64,000 nucleotides of DNA from the NCBI GenBank assembly GCA_030704615.1, contig CM060734.1, positions 3,534,001 through 3,598,000 on the forward strand. Direction: 5' to 3'. The notes beneath the pieces are model-generated. The model did no database searches and was not told where the DNA came from. It was given only the letters and a program-made list of their open reading frames with translations. This stretch comes from Takakia lepidozioides (lineage: Eukaryota > Plantae > Bryophyta). This document shows positions 13,236-25,190 of the stretch, in pieces (the stretch's first letter is position 1; every line of letters begins with the position of its first letter). Made by a program: the position numbers and the translations under genes.

Positions 13236-13516
13236 GAGGGCAGCCTGGTGGGGGGGGGGGGTTGGGGGTTCATTTTGTAGGTGAATTGGGGGTGGTTTTT
13301 TGTTTTTTTCCTGGTTTTGTATTTGGGGATGGGAGAACTTACAGTTCCATTTCTCTGAGTTAGCAGGTACACAATTGAGCAAGCATGAATCGAGGGTGAG
13401 GACGATGCGACATGAATAAGATGGAAGATGGAAATATGGAAATATATTTACAAGAAATGAGCTGAAAAGCTCACAAGGGTTCAGTAGACTGACCCTGGGA
13501 CCTACATGGACTAGGA

Positions 13517-14937
13517 CTAGTCATCCTCATCCTCATCCTCAGTGGAGGACTCAGAGCTATCTGATGAGTCTGATGACTCCACGCCCTTTGCCAGAGCACG
13601 TAAATGAGGCGGCGTTCCCCTAAGTCCCACAGAGCTCTCATCCAATCCCTCGGCATGACCCTCGACCTCATCCATACTAGTGCCCTGTAGTGCACTTATC
13701 CCCTCTGTGTTGGCCATGTTCTTCATGAGGGATTGCCAACCATGCTCCTTGGCGTAGTTGTACTCTACCGGAGATGGCTTCCTCTCAAACGCGCGTTGCT
13801 ACACATGCCACAAATTAAAGTCAGTTCTTCGCGATGATGGAGCCAGAAAGAAGACATAACAAAATCCATAGGGAAGTACGACTTACAAATCGCAAGATAA
13901 AACCCTTGGATCTGTCGGCGCCCCACTTGTGTGTGGATTCGTGCTTGTCAAGGCGGACTGTTGTTGCTTCGCGTGCCTGGTCAAATTTGGCCTTGTTTGC
14001 GGCATCACTCTCTCCCGCAATGAGTGCATCCCACGATACCTATGCACCCCCCCCCCCCCAACAATTAGTGAATTACACACATACGTTGCATCGAATCCAC
14101 CTCATTAATGCACATGCGACAAATGGAAGGTGACATGATTCAGGATTTGCCAACCTGTGTAATTCCATAAGGTGGTTTGGGTATGGCCCCCTTTTCCATT
14201 GCCCTCCGAATGATCTGTCTGGCACGGTACCTCCTGTCCTTCAAGTTTTGCCCCACCATCTCCATCACCCTTGTGTCACTCCAATTGCCCGGAAACCGGC
14301 GGTCTAACTCACGGGCATACGCCCGCTTCGCGCCAAAGTGCTGATCAGCCCACTCGATGTGCAAAAGGAACCACCTCAATGCGAGTTCGAAGGCTGGCTT
14401 CTTCATAGCCTCCCAGAACGCACCGCAGGGGTCACCATGGCGATTCTTCTCCACCGGTGGCACCACGATCTTTGTCAACTCCACGTCCTGTATCGCCAAG
14501 GCCTCCTTTGTTACCCCATTGCCCTCCCCCGCATGCACACTCACCCCTTCCTCTCCATGGGACTTCTTTTTCTTCTTTTCCTTTTCCTTCCCCTTCTCCA
14601 CGACCATCTCCTTCCCCTACCCCGCTACTTCCTCTCTCTCCTTCTCCCTCTCCCTTCTCTCTCTCTCCTCGGCAGCCCCTTCATTGATGGTAAAAGGGAT
14701 CTCGGGAGATAGAGGCCTCTTCTTCTTACCTTTGGTGTTTGGGTCCTTCATGAACACCACGTGCTCTCCCTCATTGGCAACCCCACTGGACTGCACCAAT
14801 GAGGCCAGCCATGTTGCTGCCTCCTGAAGACAAATAACCCCTCCAAATTCAAAAAAAGAAACAAACAACAAAGAAAATCATGCATGCAAAGGAAAGGATA
14901 AATCATGGAACAAGGTGCGACAGTTGTACCTTTGCAA
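13517..14937 (-). pseudogene. CACTA TnpA/Ptta-like accessory gene, 3' exons (14930-14937, 14155-14823, 13887-14039, 13517-13798)
   Basis: GT-AG exons in phase; WADQHFGAKRAYARELDRRFP...VGQNLKDRRYRAR...PPYGITQ-VSWDALI...HKWGADR resembles Transposase_24-type proteins; internal stop present. Confidence 0.6.
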
Positions 14938-15264
14938 TGTCAAGTTATTTTACCACTAGTGTGAAACTAGCTAGGAAATAGCTAGCTTTTACATATTGAC
15001 ATTTGGGATTGGCCCAAGTGTCAATCCAGGGGTCAAGGCAGATTTAGGCCCTGAAGTGATTATCTTCACGGCAAGCGCGGGAGGCTCATCTTTCTCGAGT
15101 TGAGCCTCACCGCGCCTAGCTATGGCACCGTAGTGTGGATTCCCCATGGCGTGGGGTGCACTTGGCTTGACTTGTATTTGAGTGATGAGGTTATATATGC
15201 ATGAGTTTATGCTTCAGCTTTGTGAGCTCGCATGAGCTTGTGCTTGTATTCTTCTTCTTTATCA
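14938..15264 (+). repeat. Repeat A1 of copy B
   Basis: Near-identical to 25392-25719; ends TTTATCA. Confidence 0.92.
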
Positions 15265-15280
15265 CTCGAGAAAGATGAGC
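15265..15280 (+). promoter_or_regulatory. Self-complementary primer-binding site candidate (copy B)
   Basis: CTCGAGAAAGATGAGC is the exact reverse complement of 15084-15099; no TGG tRNA-type PBS. Confidence 0.7.
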
Positions 15281-15919
15281 TCGTATCTATGAGTGCCAGA
15301 TACGAGTTAGTTGTAGCACTTGTGGTTTTTGCTTGAGAATGAGAGAAACCAGGTTGTTATGCAAGGAGCACCATGGAGCTCTTGGTTGTTAGAAGCGGAG
15401 GCGATGTGGGTTACGAGGTGGTAGACCTTGGCATTCGATCTTCAGCTTCAGAGATGAAAGCACCATGCTGCAGGTAATTCCAGAGCACCTTGATGGTTTC
15501 AGATTGTGTACATGCATGAGCAAGTACGATTGGGAAGAGGACCAGTCAAGAGCAGGTTATAGTGGCTTTGGTGGCAAAGCTGAGAACTGGACTTGGGAAT
15601 GCGAGCTTTCATTGTGTGAAGGATTGTAAGACCAAGCGAAAGGGCTGATTTGGCTTGGGGCAAATCAGTGCACTTTGTGGAGTATGTTGAGATTGGGTTT
15701 CAATCTCGAGTTTCAGCATTGAGAGGGCTCTTGTCATGGCAAGAGCAAGGCTGGAACAGGAGCTAAGAGGTGCGGCAAGGCCATGGAATGTGCACCTAGG
15801 GTTTCAGAGCTTGGAAGAAGAACTCTTGCACCACAAGATGAGTGTCTTGTGGCTGTAAATGTAAGCCTTAGGGTTTCAGGAGCTTGGCAAGGGCTGTGGA
15901 GTGCTTAGTCTTGTCTTAG

Positions 15920-16310
15920 AGACCATCAAGGAGCTAAGGAGCCAAGATAGGGGGCTGTTACCTCTTGTGTGAAGAGGTTGCATGTGTGGAGCATGTATTC
16001 AGCTCATTAAAGCTTCCATCTTCAAGCTTGGAGGGCAAGCAAGGAAGAGGGAAGGGCTAACTTCCCTTATGTGAGAGCAATGCATGTGTGGAGCATGCTT
16101 TCAGCCTGATGAAGGCTTGTACTTTCAGGTTTGGGAGTGCAAGAAAGAAAGCAAAGGGGCTGATTCTCTGGTGGTAAGAGTGGGGCATGTGTGGAGCATG
16201 CCTTCAGTCCATTGGGCTTTTGTTTTCAAGCTTTAGAGAACTAGAAGAGAAGGTAAGGGACTGATCTGCTCTTATGTGACAGTCCGACACTTGTAGAGCA
16301 TGTTCTGAGT
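15920..16310. repeat. Imperfect tandem repeat of about 103 bp (3-4 units) in the copy B leader
   Basis: CATGTGTGGAGCATG recurs at about 15981, 16083 and 16187, with a degenerate copy at about 16290. Confidence 0.7.
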
Positions 16311-16359
16311 TGGGGTTTCAACCTCAAGCCTAGATAGAGCATGGCTCTTGAAGTGGCAG

Positions 16360-16985
16360 GTGTGAGGGGCTGTGACAGGCTGTGCCTTATGGCCTGCGGG
16401 GCTGTGAGGGGCTGTGACAGGCTGTGCCCTATGGCCTGTGGGGCTGTGAGGGGCTGTGAGGGGCTGTGATAGGTGTGCCATGTGGCCTGTGGGCCTGTGG
16501 GCCTGTGACGGGCTGTGACAGGCTGTGACAGGTTGTGCCCAATGGCCTGTGGGGCTATGACGGGCTGTGAGGGGCTGCGACAGGCTGTGGCCTGTGGCCT
16601 GTGGCCTGTGGGGCTGTGACGGGCTATGAGGGGCTATGACAGGCTGTGATAGGCTGTGGCGAGCTGTGACAGGCTGTGATGGGTTGTGGCCTTTGGGGCT
16701 GTGACCCCTGTGACCTGTGTAGGGCTGTGACAGGCTGTGCCATGTGGCCTGTGGGGCTGTGATGGGCTGTGACAGGCTGGGACAGGCTGTGGCCTGTGGG
16801 GCTGTGACAGGCTGTGGCCTTTGGGGCTGTGACCCTGTGACCTTTGTAGGGCTGTGACAGGTTGTGCCTGTGGCCTTTGGGGTTGTGATGGGCTGTGTGA
16901 GGCTGTGACATGTGGCCTTTGGGGCTGTGATGGGCTGTGATAGGCTGCGGCCTGTGGGGCTGTGACGGCTGTGACCAGTGAGCTA
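16360..16985. repeat. GGCTGTG(A/G)-based minisatellite
   Basis: Dozens of GGGCTGTGA/CAGGCTGTG/GGCCTGTG units. Confidence 0.92.
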
Positions 16986-17712
16986 TGTGGGCTTGTGCTG
17001 GTTTGTGGTAGCCCGTGTTGACCTGTGGACGGCCTATGCTGACTCGTGGAGGCACTGGTGGACTGCCTAAGGACTGACATGTGGTCTTGAAGGCCGAATT
17101 TTGAAGCTCGTGGAGGGCGGTTTGAAGAGTATCTTCATGATATTCCCATGGTCATGCAAGTGAGGGAAGAGAGGAGAGGAAGAGTGTTGGGATGAGGGCA
17201 TGCTGGGGTTAGGCATTGCTTTAGCTTCTCTTCCTCGTAGTTTCCACCCTCTCATTAGGCCAAGACCTTTCCGTAGGTGGAGGCAAGAGTCAGTCCGGGT
17301 TTGGGCTGGGGTGTCCTTGCAGGAGCAACATCGTGGAGTTGTTTTTGGTGTGGGGGAGTTGTCGTTCTGATTTCTTGTGTTTGGATCCCCTCCATACCTG
17401 CATGCTTGACTGTGCGCCATGCTAGTTTTGTGTGGGCGCTTGTTTTTATAGGTGATTGGACCGGATTTGATCACCGGCCAGTCCTAGAGCATGCTATCGA
17501 TGGTGAGGCTGGGGTGATGACCAGCCAGACCATCATTGTTGCTCCTGTGGTGAGGTTGGAGGTGATGACCAGCCAACCATAGGAGTGCTTGCGGTGGATG
17601 CAGGTACAGGTGTAGGCTATGTTAGGAACCTAGTATTCCAAACCATAAGCCGCAACAGGTTCTCTACCCGGTTACCTTGTGGAGAGGGGGTTAGGGACAT
17701 GTTCATGACCGG

Positions 17713-20700
17713 TTGAGTGTCAACACGGAGGTGCCACTAGTTGCTGGGGACAGTGCCGGTTCGAGCACTAGCGATACTAGTGGGTACACGAGACGAGGTG
17801 TGCGGTTTAGGCCACCGTCACCTCCCGTGTCTTCTACGGAAGGTTCTGATTCGGATTGTGAATCAAGAGGACTTATACAGGCGGTGCAAGTTGTTTCCTT
17901 GCCATTGTTGTGGGACACAATGGAGGAGATGTATGGAGCTACCAAGGGGCCACGAAGGTACTCTGGGGCGGTGTGCACCATCGAGTCGGATGATTTTATC
18001 CAAGAGTTTGATAGTTGGTGTGATTTGCAGCAAATGCACAATCCACAACTATTTATGCCTTTCATGGCATGAAAGAGGCTGTTTCAGCACCTTGAGGGGC
18101 CGCCTATGGATGATTACCATGAGTTCAGGCGGGGGCATGAGGATGAGATCAAGGAGTGGAGGATGTACTGGTCACCCGACTATGTCTCCATCACTAGGGG
18201 CACTAGAGTCACGAGGGCAGTGGCTACACCTGCCGCTGCACCGGCAGCTTCAGCAAGCAGCAGTGGGACTAGTAGGACTGGTGGTACCGTAGCTACGACG
18301 TCCACCCAAGCCACTACCGCACCAGCACCAGTTGTCGTGCCTGCCTTCAACCCTGTTGTGGAGTTCTTCGAAGAGTTGAGAGGGAACTACCAAGGGGTGA
18401 GGACAGAGAAGTTGCGGAGCTTGCAAGAGTTCCAATGGAAGCCTACTGAGAGCTTGAGAGAGGCTTTCACTCGCATGAGGCGCTTGATAAATGTAACCCA
18501 AGGGGTTACGAAAGCTCAAGCAGTCCAATTCTGGTATGGGATATTGGACAAGGAGCTGAGGAGAAGGGTGCGGGATGCAACTCTCCTACAAGCGGCCCAA
18601 CCCACCTTAGCAAATGTGTTTTTGCTGGCAGAGCGGATAGAGCTCAACATGGTGGAGGAACGAGTGGTCATGGTGGGATTTGCTAAAGAGACACCACGGG
18701 GTAGTGGTGCTCCTAGCCAACCACTACCTCAACGTGCTCAAGGCAACAAGGGGGCTCAGGTGAAGCTAAGGGAAGGGCAGAGAGGACCTCAGATGCAGGG
18801 GTCTCTCCCTTCATTTGCAGGCCAACAATGGGCGGATGTGGTGTGTTGGACAAGTGGAGGACCCCACGTCAAGAAGGATTGTCCAGAGGGAGGCAAAGGG
18901 CCGGCACATGCACAGCCTACACAGTTGCAGTGTGGGCATTGTGGCAAGCACGAGCATGGAGAGGCCCAGTGTTATGGTTTGCATCCCGAGTTGCGCCCAA
19001 GCCAGTTCCAAGGGAACAATGGTGGCCGAGGGCAAGGGGGAGCAGCCCAAAGAGGACGAGGTGGCCAAGCACGGGGTGTAGGCCAAGGGCAAGCTCAACA
19101 TGGCCAAGGACACGGAGGTCAGGGTGTTGACTAAGGCATGGCCAACCAGCTTCAGCAGCTAGAGCAGAGGCTCGCTGCCATGGCTACAGCTCAAGTGGTA
19201 CCGGCTCCAAGGCCGGATGGTCCACCTCCTGCTTCTAAGGGAGGAGATATGGGAGGCATGGGATTCATGTGCGGAGCAGCACTACCACTAGTGCAGGTGG
19301 AGTCTGCTGCAGCCGTGACTTGAGGAGCAGCACGAGTTCCTGAGCCACGAGGTGCAAAGGTGGAGTTGGATCCACAGCGTGGGGAGGCAAGCCGTCAGGC
19401 TAGGCTTCCTCAGTCATTCACATTGGCGGAGATAGTGTCGACGCCATCCATGGCACCTAGTTCTCGCCCGACTGTTACCGAGGCGGAGGTTACTATGCCA
19501 TTGGGGAGAGCTACACAGGTAGCACCACTACCTAGTGTTGCCAAGGCTACGGCAGCTAGTGTGCTGCTGGGAGCGGCCACATCTGTGTGTCAGGCTCCAT
19601 TGTTCTCGGCTACCATGATTGCGACGCCGGGGGTAAGATCAGCTGAGGTGTTCAGGCTGGCAGCTACACTCTGTGAGAGTGGGGAGGTTACTTCATCTTC
19701 TACGGAGATAGTGGGAGGTGTAGTGCTGGAGGGATCCTTGGATTTGAGGGTCAAGACTGCCACGGCGGTGCCATGGCAAGCTGCAGCTGTCAGGTTGATG
19801 GAGCTGCCAGCTAGGCCAACCATTGAGCGCGCCATGGTTACACCTGGAGTTGTCATGTTAGACAACCAGGATGGCATTTTCTGTTTGAGTGGACCGGCAG
19901 GCAAGAGGTACCGGCCACTGCGGGTCTTGTTGGACTCGGGAGCTCAGCCATTGATGTTGGGCAGAGCTGCTATTGCAGGCTTGGGCCTCACAGAGGCGGA
20001 TATGGAGCCTTGTCCTTTCTAGATACAGACGTCTCTGGGAAGATTAGAGCAGGCTTGGGGCATGACACGGCGTGAGTTGGCTATCAGACTACAGCCGAAT
20101 CATCCTACAGATGGCTCAGTGATGAGAACCAAGGCCATTGTGACAGACGCGGTCTCGTACGATGTCCTTGTTGGTGGGGCAGTGTTGTACCCCATGGGCT
20201 TCACCCTGGATTTTTGGGAGGAGTCAGCTTCCTATAGGCCCGGATGGCAGTCAGGGGAGGGCCGACGTATGCAACTCCCTGTGACGTTCAAAAGAGGAGT
20301 TGCGGTTGCCCAGCGAGGCAAGATGCCGACATTAGCAGCATTCACATCGGCAGTGAGTTGGCCTGGAGAGTTGCTTGAGTGCAACGCTCATTCAGAGGAT
20401 GTGCCACCTCCGGGAGAGCAGGATGACATGTATGGTATGGTGGAGTTGCCTACCATGGTTGCTCAGACTCCATTGTGGGGCACGAGCAAGGATTTGCAGC
20501 GGGATGCTGATCGACGGGTGCAACAAGCCTGGGTGGAGGCTTTTGTACCGTCAGGAGAGGAGGAGAGTGCGGGGATTGCACCAGGACCACCTCAGTTGTC
20601 TCCATTGAACACCACACCTATTGTGTGGCAGTATCCGGATGAAGGCATTTGTCTTTTGGACTTGTTTGGCGGGATCAGCACCGGATTGGCTGCTGTGTTA

Positions 20701-21895
20701 CAGGCAGATGTACGAGTTCGGCGTTACCTGTATGTGGAGAGGGATGAGACTGCACGACGCGTTTCACTTCGCCATGTTGCTCAGTTGGTGCAGCGGTACC
20801 CTGAGTTGTTGTCGGGTGTCTGCAGTTCGTGAATATCAGCAGGCCTTACCAGCAAACATTTCGTTGCTGGGGGCGCAAGATTTGGAGCGGGTTGGCTCCA
20901 TTGATCTGGTAGTGGCAGGTTGGCCCTACCAAGGGCATTCCTCAGCCGAGCATGGCAATGGATTGCGAGACTCGAGGTCGGGTCTGTTTTGGGAGATGGT
21001 GCGGGTTTTGCGCCATTTGCAGCTTCATCAAGCTGTATCTCTAGCATACATCTTGGAGAATGTGCCACTGATGGGCGATTCTTGGGCCAGGGTGATGGCC
21101 AGTGTGCATCAAGTCCGGTCGTGGCTTGGGTCAGCAGTGTTGCTAGATGCAGCTACAGTGGGGTCACGGGCTCATCGTCCACGGCTATGGTGGACTAATT
21201 TGATGCCACCCGCATTGCTCAAGCATGCATTTGATGGGGTGCAGCGGCCAGCACATCTCACAGTGGATAGCATTCTAGAGACAGGGAGGCAGTCTCAGCG
21301 TGTGAGACACGATGACCGTTTGCCTTTGGCAGTGGTCAACAAGGTTGGTCAACCACGAGCAACATTACCTACACTGCTCAGCTTCCCAGGATTGCATGCT
21401 TTCCGGGATAGTGGACCTGGCCTCCTGTGGGATGCTCAGTAGCAGCAGTTAGTGGAGCCTAATGCGGACAAGCGTGAGCGGGCAATGGGTTTTACCACTG
21501 GTACCACGGCGGTGTCGTCTCTTTCTGAGGCATCACATCGTCAGGTGTTGGGGCAAGCAATGGATCTCAATTGCTTGACCTGGATTATCAGCTTGGCTAT
21601 GGCTGAGCAACGCAGAGTGCGGAGTACACTTCCCTCGATGGTCTCTCTGCCTACTGAGACGGTACAGGCAGTGAGTGGGGGCGAGCATGTGAGGACCACG
21701 GGGTGCAGGCATCCATGGCACACGTGGGAGGTGCTCGAGGTTCAGAGGGAGTTGGCAGCCAAGGTGGCGGTGATAGATGAGGTTGGAGATTTTTCTCGGG
21801 TGGAGAAAGTCCTTGAGGATGAGATGATGGGGCAGGATGAGGCCTTGTCACTGACTGAGCAGGTAGGGAGTACTACTCAAGAGGTTGCAACATAG
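17713..21895 (+). pseudogene. gag: Copy B Gag - aspartic protease - C5 cytosine methyltransferase (stops and frameshift)
   Basis: Gag with two CCHC-like knuckles; VLLDSGAQ protease; LDLFGGISTG (motif I), GWPYQ (IV, Cys to Tyr at 20927), LENVP (VI), AHRPRLWWTN (VIII), ERAMGF and LGQAMD (IX/X). Confidence 0.88.
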
Positions 21896-24800
21896 TAACC
21901 ACTGGACGCGTCCTCTACCTCTAAACCCACTGGACTTAAGGTTGCAGTTACGGGGGACAATTGGGAGCCTGACATTGGACCCATTGTCACCGGAGGAGAG
22001 AGACGACGTATACGGCGGTTCCTGAGGGCTTATAGGAATTGTTTTGCCTTCAGTTTGAAGGACTTGGGAGCACTGAAGGGTCAAGAGATCCGTATTGAGT
22101 TGGCCACTGACACGCCAATCTTTCGGAGACCCTGACATGGAGAGGTTTTTGATTCAGATGAGGACTCAAGATCTCTGGGAGGCAGGTTTGGTGGAGCTCT
22201 CTGGTGGCAAGTATGCTTCAGCCACAGTGATGCCAGCCAAGAAGGATGTCTATGGCAATTGGACGGAGAGACGTATGTGCGGTGATTACCGGCCTGTAAA
22301 TCGTCAGACCAAGTCCGATAAGTATGCCATGCCAACACCAGAGGAGATCTTTGATGCCATCAGGCATGCTAAGGTCTTTAGCACTTTGGATTTAGGATCC
22401 GGATATCACCAGTTGCCAATCAAGGAGGCGGACAAACAGAAGACGGCATTCTAGGGGATCAATGAGCACGGCAAGGATTGCCTATATCAGTGGCGGTTCT
22501 TACCATTTGGGCTTAAGAATGCTCCTGCAGAGTTTCAAAGAGTCATGGATAGGATTCTAGCAGGGGTGGACTTTGCTCGGTGCTACATAAATGACATCAT
22601 CATCTTTAGTGTTACGGTGGAGGAGCATGAGAGACACCTTCAGGTGGTATTGGAGCGCTTGAGAGCGCACGGATTGAAGTTGCATCCGGGGAAGTGCAAG
22701 TTTTTCCACAACCAGATTGAGTATCTGGGTCACATGATATATCCTGGAGGATTGGGGGTACAGTAGACTAAGGTAGAGGCCATTGCACAAATTCCACGCC
22801 CCACGGATGTGAGCCGAGTTCGAGCTTTCATGGGGTTGGCAAACTATTATAGACGGTTTGTCAAGGGATTTAGTACCATTGCAAAGGCTCTAACCAAGCT
22901 GACCAAGGTGGACCAGGAGTGGCAGTGGGAAGATGAGCAGGAACGAGCTTTTCAAGAGCTCAAGGCGAGGTTGACCTCGGTGCCTATCCTGAGACGACCT
23001 ATCAGGGGGCGTCCCTTTCAGCTGCATACGGATTGGAGCATGCTGGGGCTTGGAGCGGTGCTCACACAGGTGGATGATGAGGGAAGTGAGTTCGTAGTGG
23101 CTTATGCTAGCTGCTCAAACAATGCTGTAGAGGCTAAGTACAGCTCATATGAAGGAGAGTGCTTAGTTGCAGTATGGGCCGTGGCACACTTCAGGTGCTA
23201 TCTATACGGCAATCTTTTCACCCTTGTCACGGATCACCAGCCACTCAAGTGGTTGATGGAGTCAGACAAGCTTACGGGGAAGCTTGCACGGTGGGCACTC
23301 ATACTCTAGGAGTATGACTTTCAGGTTGTGCATCGGTGGCATGGTGAGACGGACGAGGAGATGGTGCCGGGATGGCACGCATCTGCATTTTTGTGTATCT
23401 TGGCATCGGGAGGTCAAGTTGGACCTACAACATGGATAACTGTAGATGGAGTGTCTGAGGACCCTGAGGCTAGTGATGATCCAGGTGGTGCTAGAGATAT
23501 ACATGAGGATTTGGCTGTGTTGGACTACCTCCGCACGGGAGGCACGGCAGCCACTGTGACTGCCAGGGAGAGGGATCGGATCCTGCAATGAGCCAAGAGG
23601 TTCAAGTGGGAGGGGATACACCTACTTCAAGTGTGGGAGGATGGTCGGGTGAGGATTGTGCCTCACCCCACACAGCGTGCACGGTTAGTGCGGCATGCCC
23701 ATGAGGAGTTGGGGCATTTTGGAGTGCGACGCACTCACAGTTTACTGCAGGGGCAGTATTGGTGGCGTGGTATGCATACAAAGGTGCAACAGTTCGTGGC
23801 TAGGTGCATGGTGTGTGACAGGGTGCGTGTTTCATTCAACGCCCCTACACCATAGTTGCATCCTTTACCAATCATGGGATTGGGCTACAGGTGGAGTCTT
23901 GACTTCGCAGGACCGTTGCCACTGACTATGCGCCACCACAGACATGTGTTGGTGATGGTGGAGCACTTCTCCAAGTGGATTGAGTTGGTTCCATTGCTTG
24001 ACAAGGCTAGTGAGGGGGCTGCATATGCATTCTTGGATCGTGTGCTTAGCTGATTCGGTGCTCTAGCTGAGGTACTTACGGACCAAGGGAGAGAGTTCTT
24101 GGGGGAGTTTCAGGCTTTGTGTGATAAAGCCTTGATAGACCACCGCACCACTTCTCGGGATCATCCTGAGGCCGATGGCTTGGCAGAGAGAGTTGTTCAG
24201 ATGGTGAAGAGGGGTTTGCGCAAGTACGGCTTGCAGAATGGACACCTAGGAAATTGGGATCTTCAGGTACCTTGGTTAGCCATGGGCTACAGGTTCAGCA
24301 AGCAAGCATCACTTGCCTCCTTCTCACCATATTTCCTTCTCTTTGGCCGAGAGCCGGATTTGCCTACAGCCATTCGTAGAGACACTGCTCAAGTCCTTAA
24401 CCTTAACGATCCAGACGTGTGGGTACGTGCATATGGTCAGCGTGCAGAGTTGTTCAAGAAAGTCACGCCCATGGCTTTTGAGAACCTTGCCATTGCACAG
24501 CACCGTGATACGTTGAGGTATGCCACTATACGCAATGGAGGATATCGTCATGGGGTTCGGAGGTTTAGCCCTGGTGACTATGTTTATTTGCAGCAGACTG
24601 CTCTTACGACCCTGGATGTCACTGCAGGGCGTGTTATTCTGAGGGTTCGAGAGGTGTTGCCCTCAGGAGTCCTGATCTTGGAGGGTCGGGATGGCATGAC
24701 TTGGAAAGACCATGTGCGTAATTGTGCGCCATGTCACCTTCCCAATGTCGATGGCAGAGTTGACCCAAACTTGGCAGTGGTACCTGCAGGTTTGAGGTGC

Positions 24801-24941
24801 ATGCTCTGTGGGTCTGCCAAAGGGGCAGCCATCATGCTGGTGTATGATCGATGCTCAAGAGGTTGGCATATGGGATGCTTGACACCACCTCTTGAGAGGG
24901 TTCCTGATGGAGATTGGTTATGTCCACCCTGCTTGGGATAG
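21896..24941 (+). pseudogene. pol: Copy B RT - RNase H - DDE integrase - PHD finger
   Basis: RRMCGDYRPVN, LPFGLKNAP and YINDII; LHTDWS and VTDHQPL; HEELGH...C..C; SLDFAGP, TDQG and DGLAER; CMLC...DRCSRGWHMGC...DWLCPPC. Confidence 0.92.
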
Positions 24942-25190
24942 TGGCAGTGGACATGACTAGAGGCAGCTAACAAGACATGGGAGGCCAAGCTCATAGGAGT
25001 CAATACACGAGATCTTAGGCTCAAGTTCATAGGTTGCAAGACGGCGACTAACGATGGGGCAACTCTTGCACCCGGCCTCTTGATCTATCGAGTTTGAGTG
25101 TAGTAGGGATAGTGGTGGAGGATTTAATGAGGCTATGGTCACTATCACATCTTGTGGCTACCCGGACTTAGAGGGACCTAAGCACCAGCT

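Noticed and set aside
12294-13382. Many overlapping Arg/Ala-rich ORFs (also 55788-56708)
   Set aside because: They arise from GC-rich, stop-poor CACTA subterminal repeats
15920-16985. CRISPR-like array
   Set aside because: The units are degenerate tandem repeats without unique spacers, in a eukaryotic TE context
16272-17080. His/Ser/Pro-rich repeat proteins on the minus strand
   Set aside because: They are translations of the minisatellite
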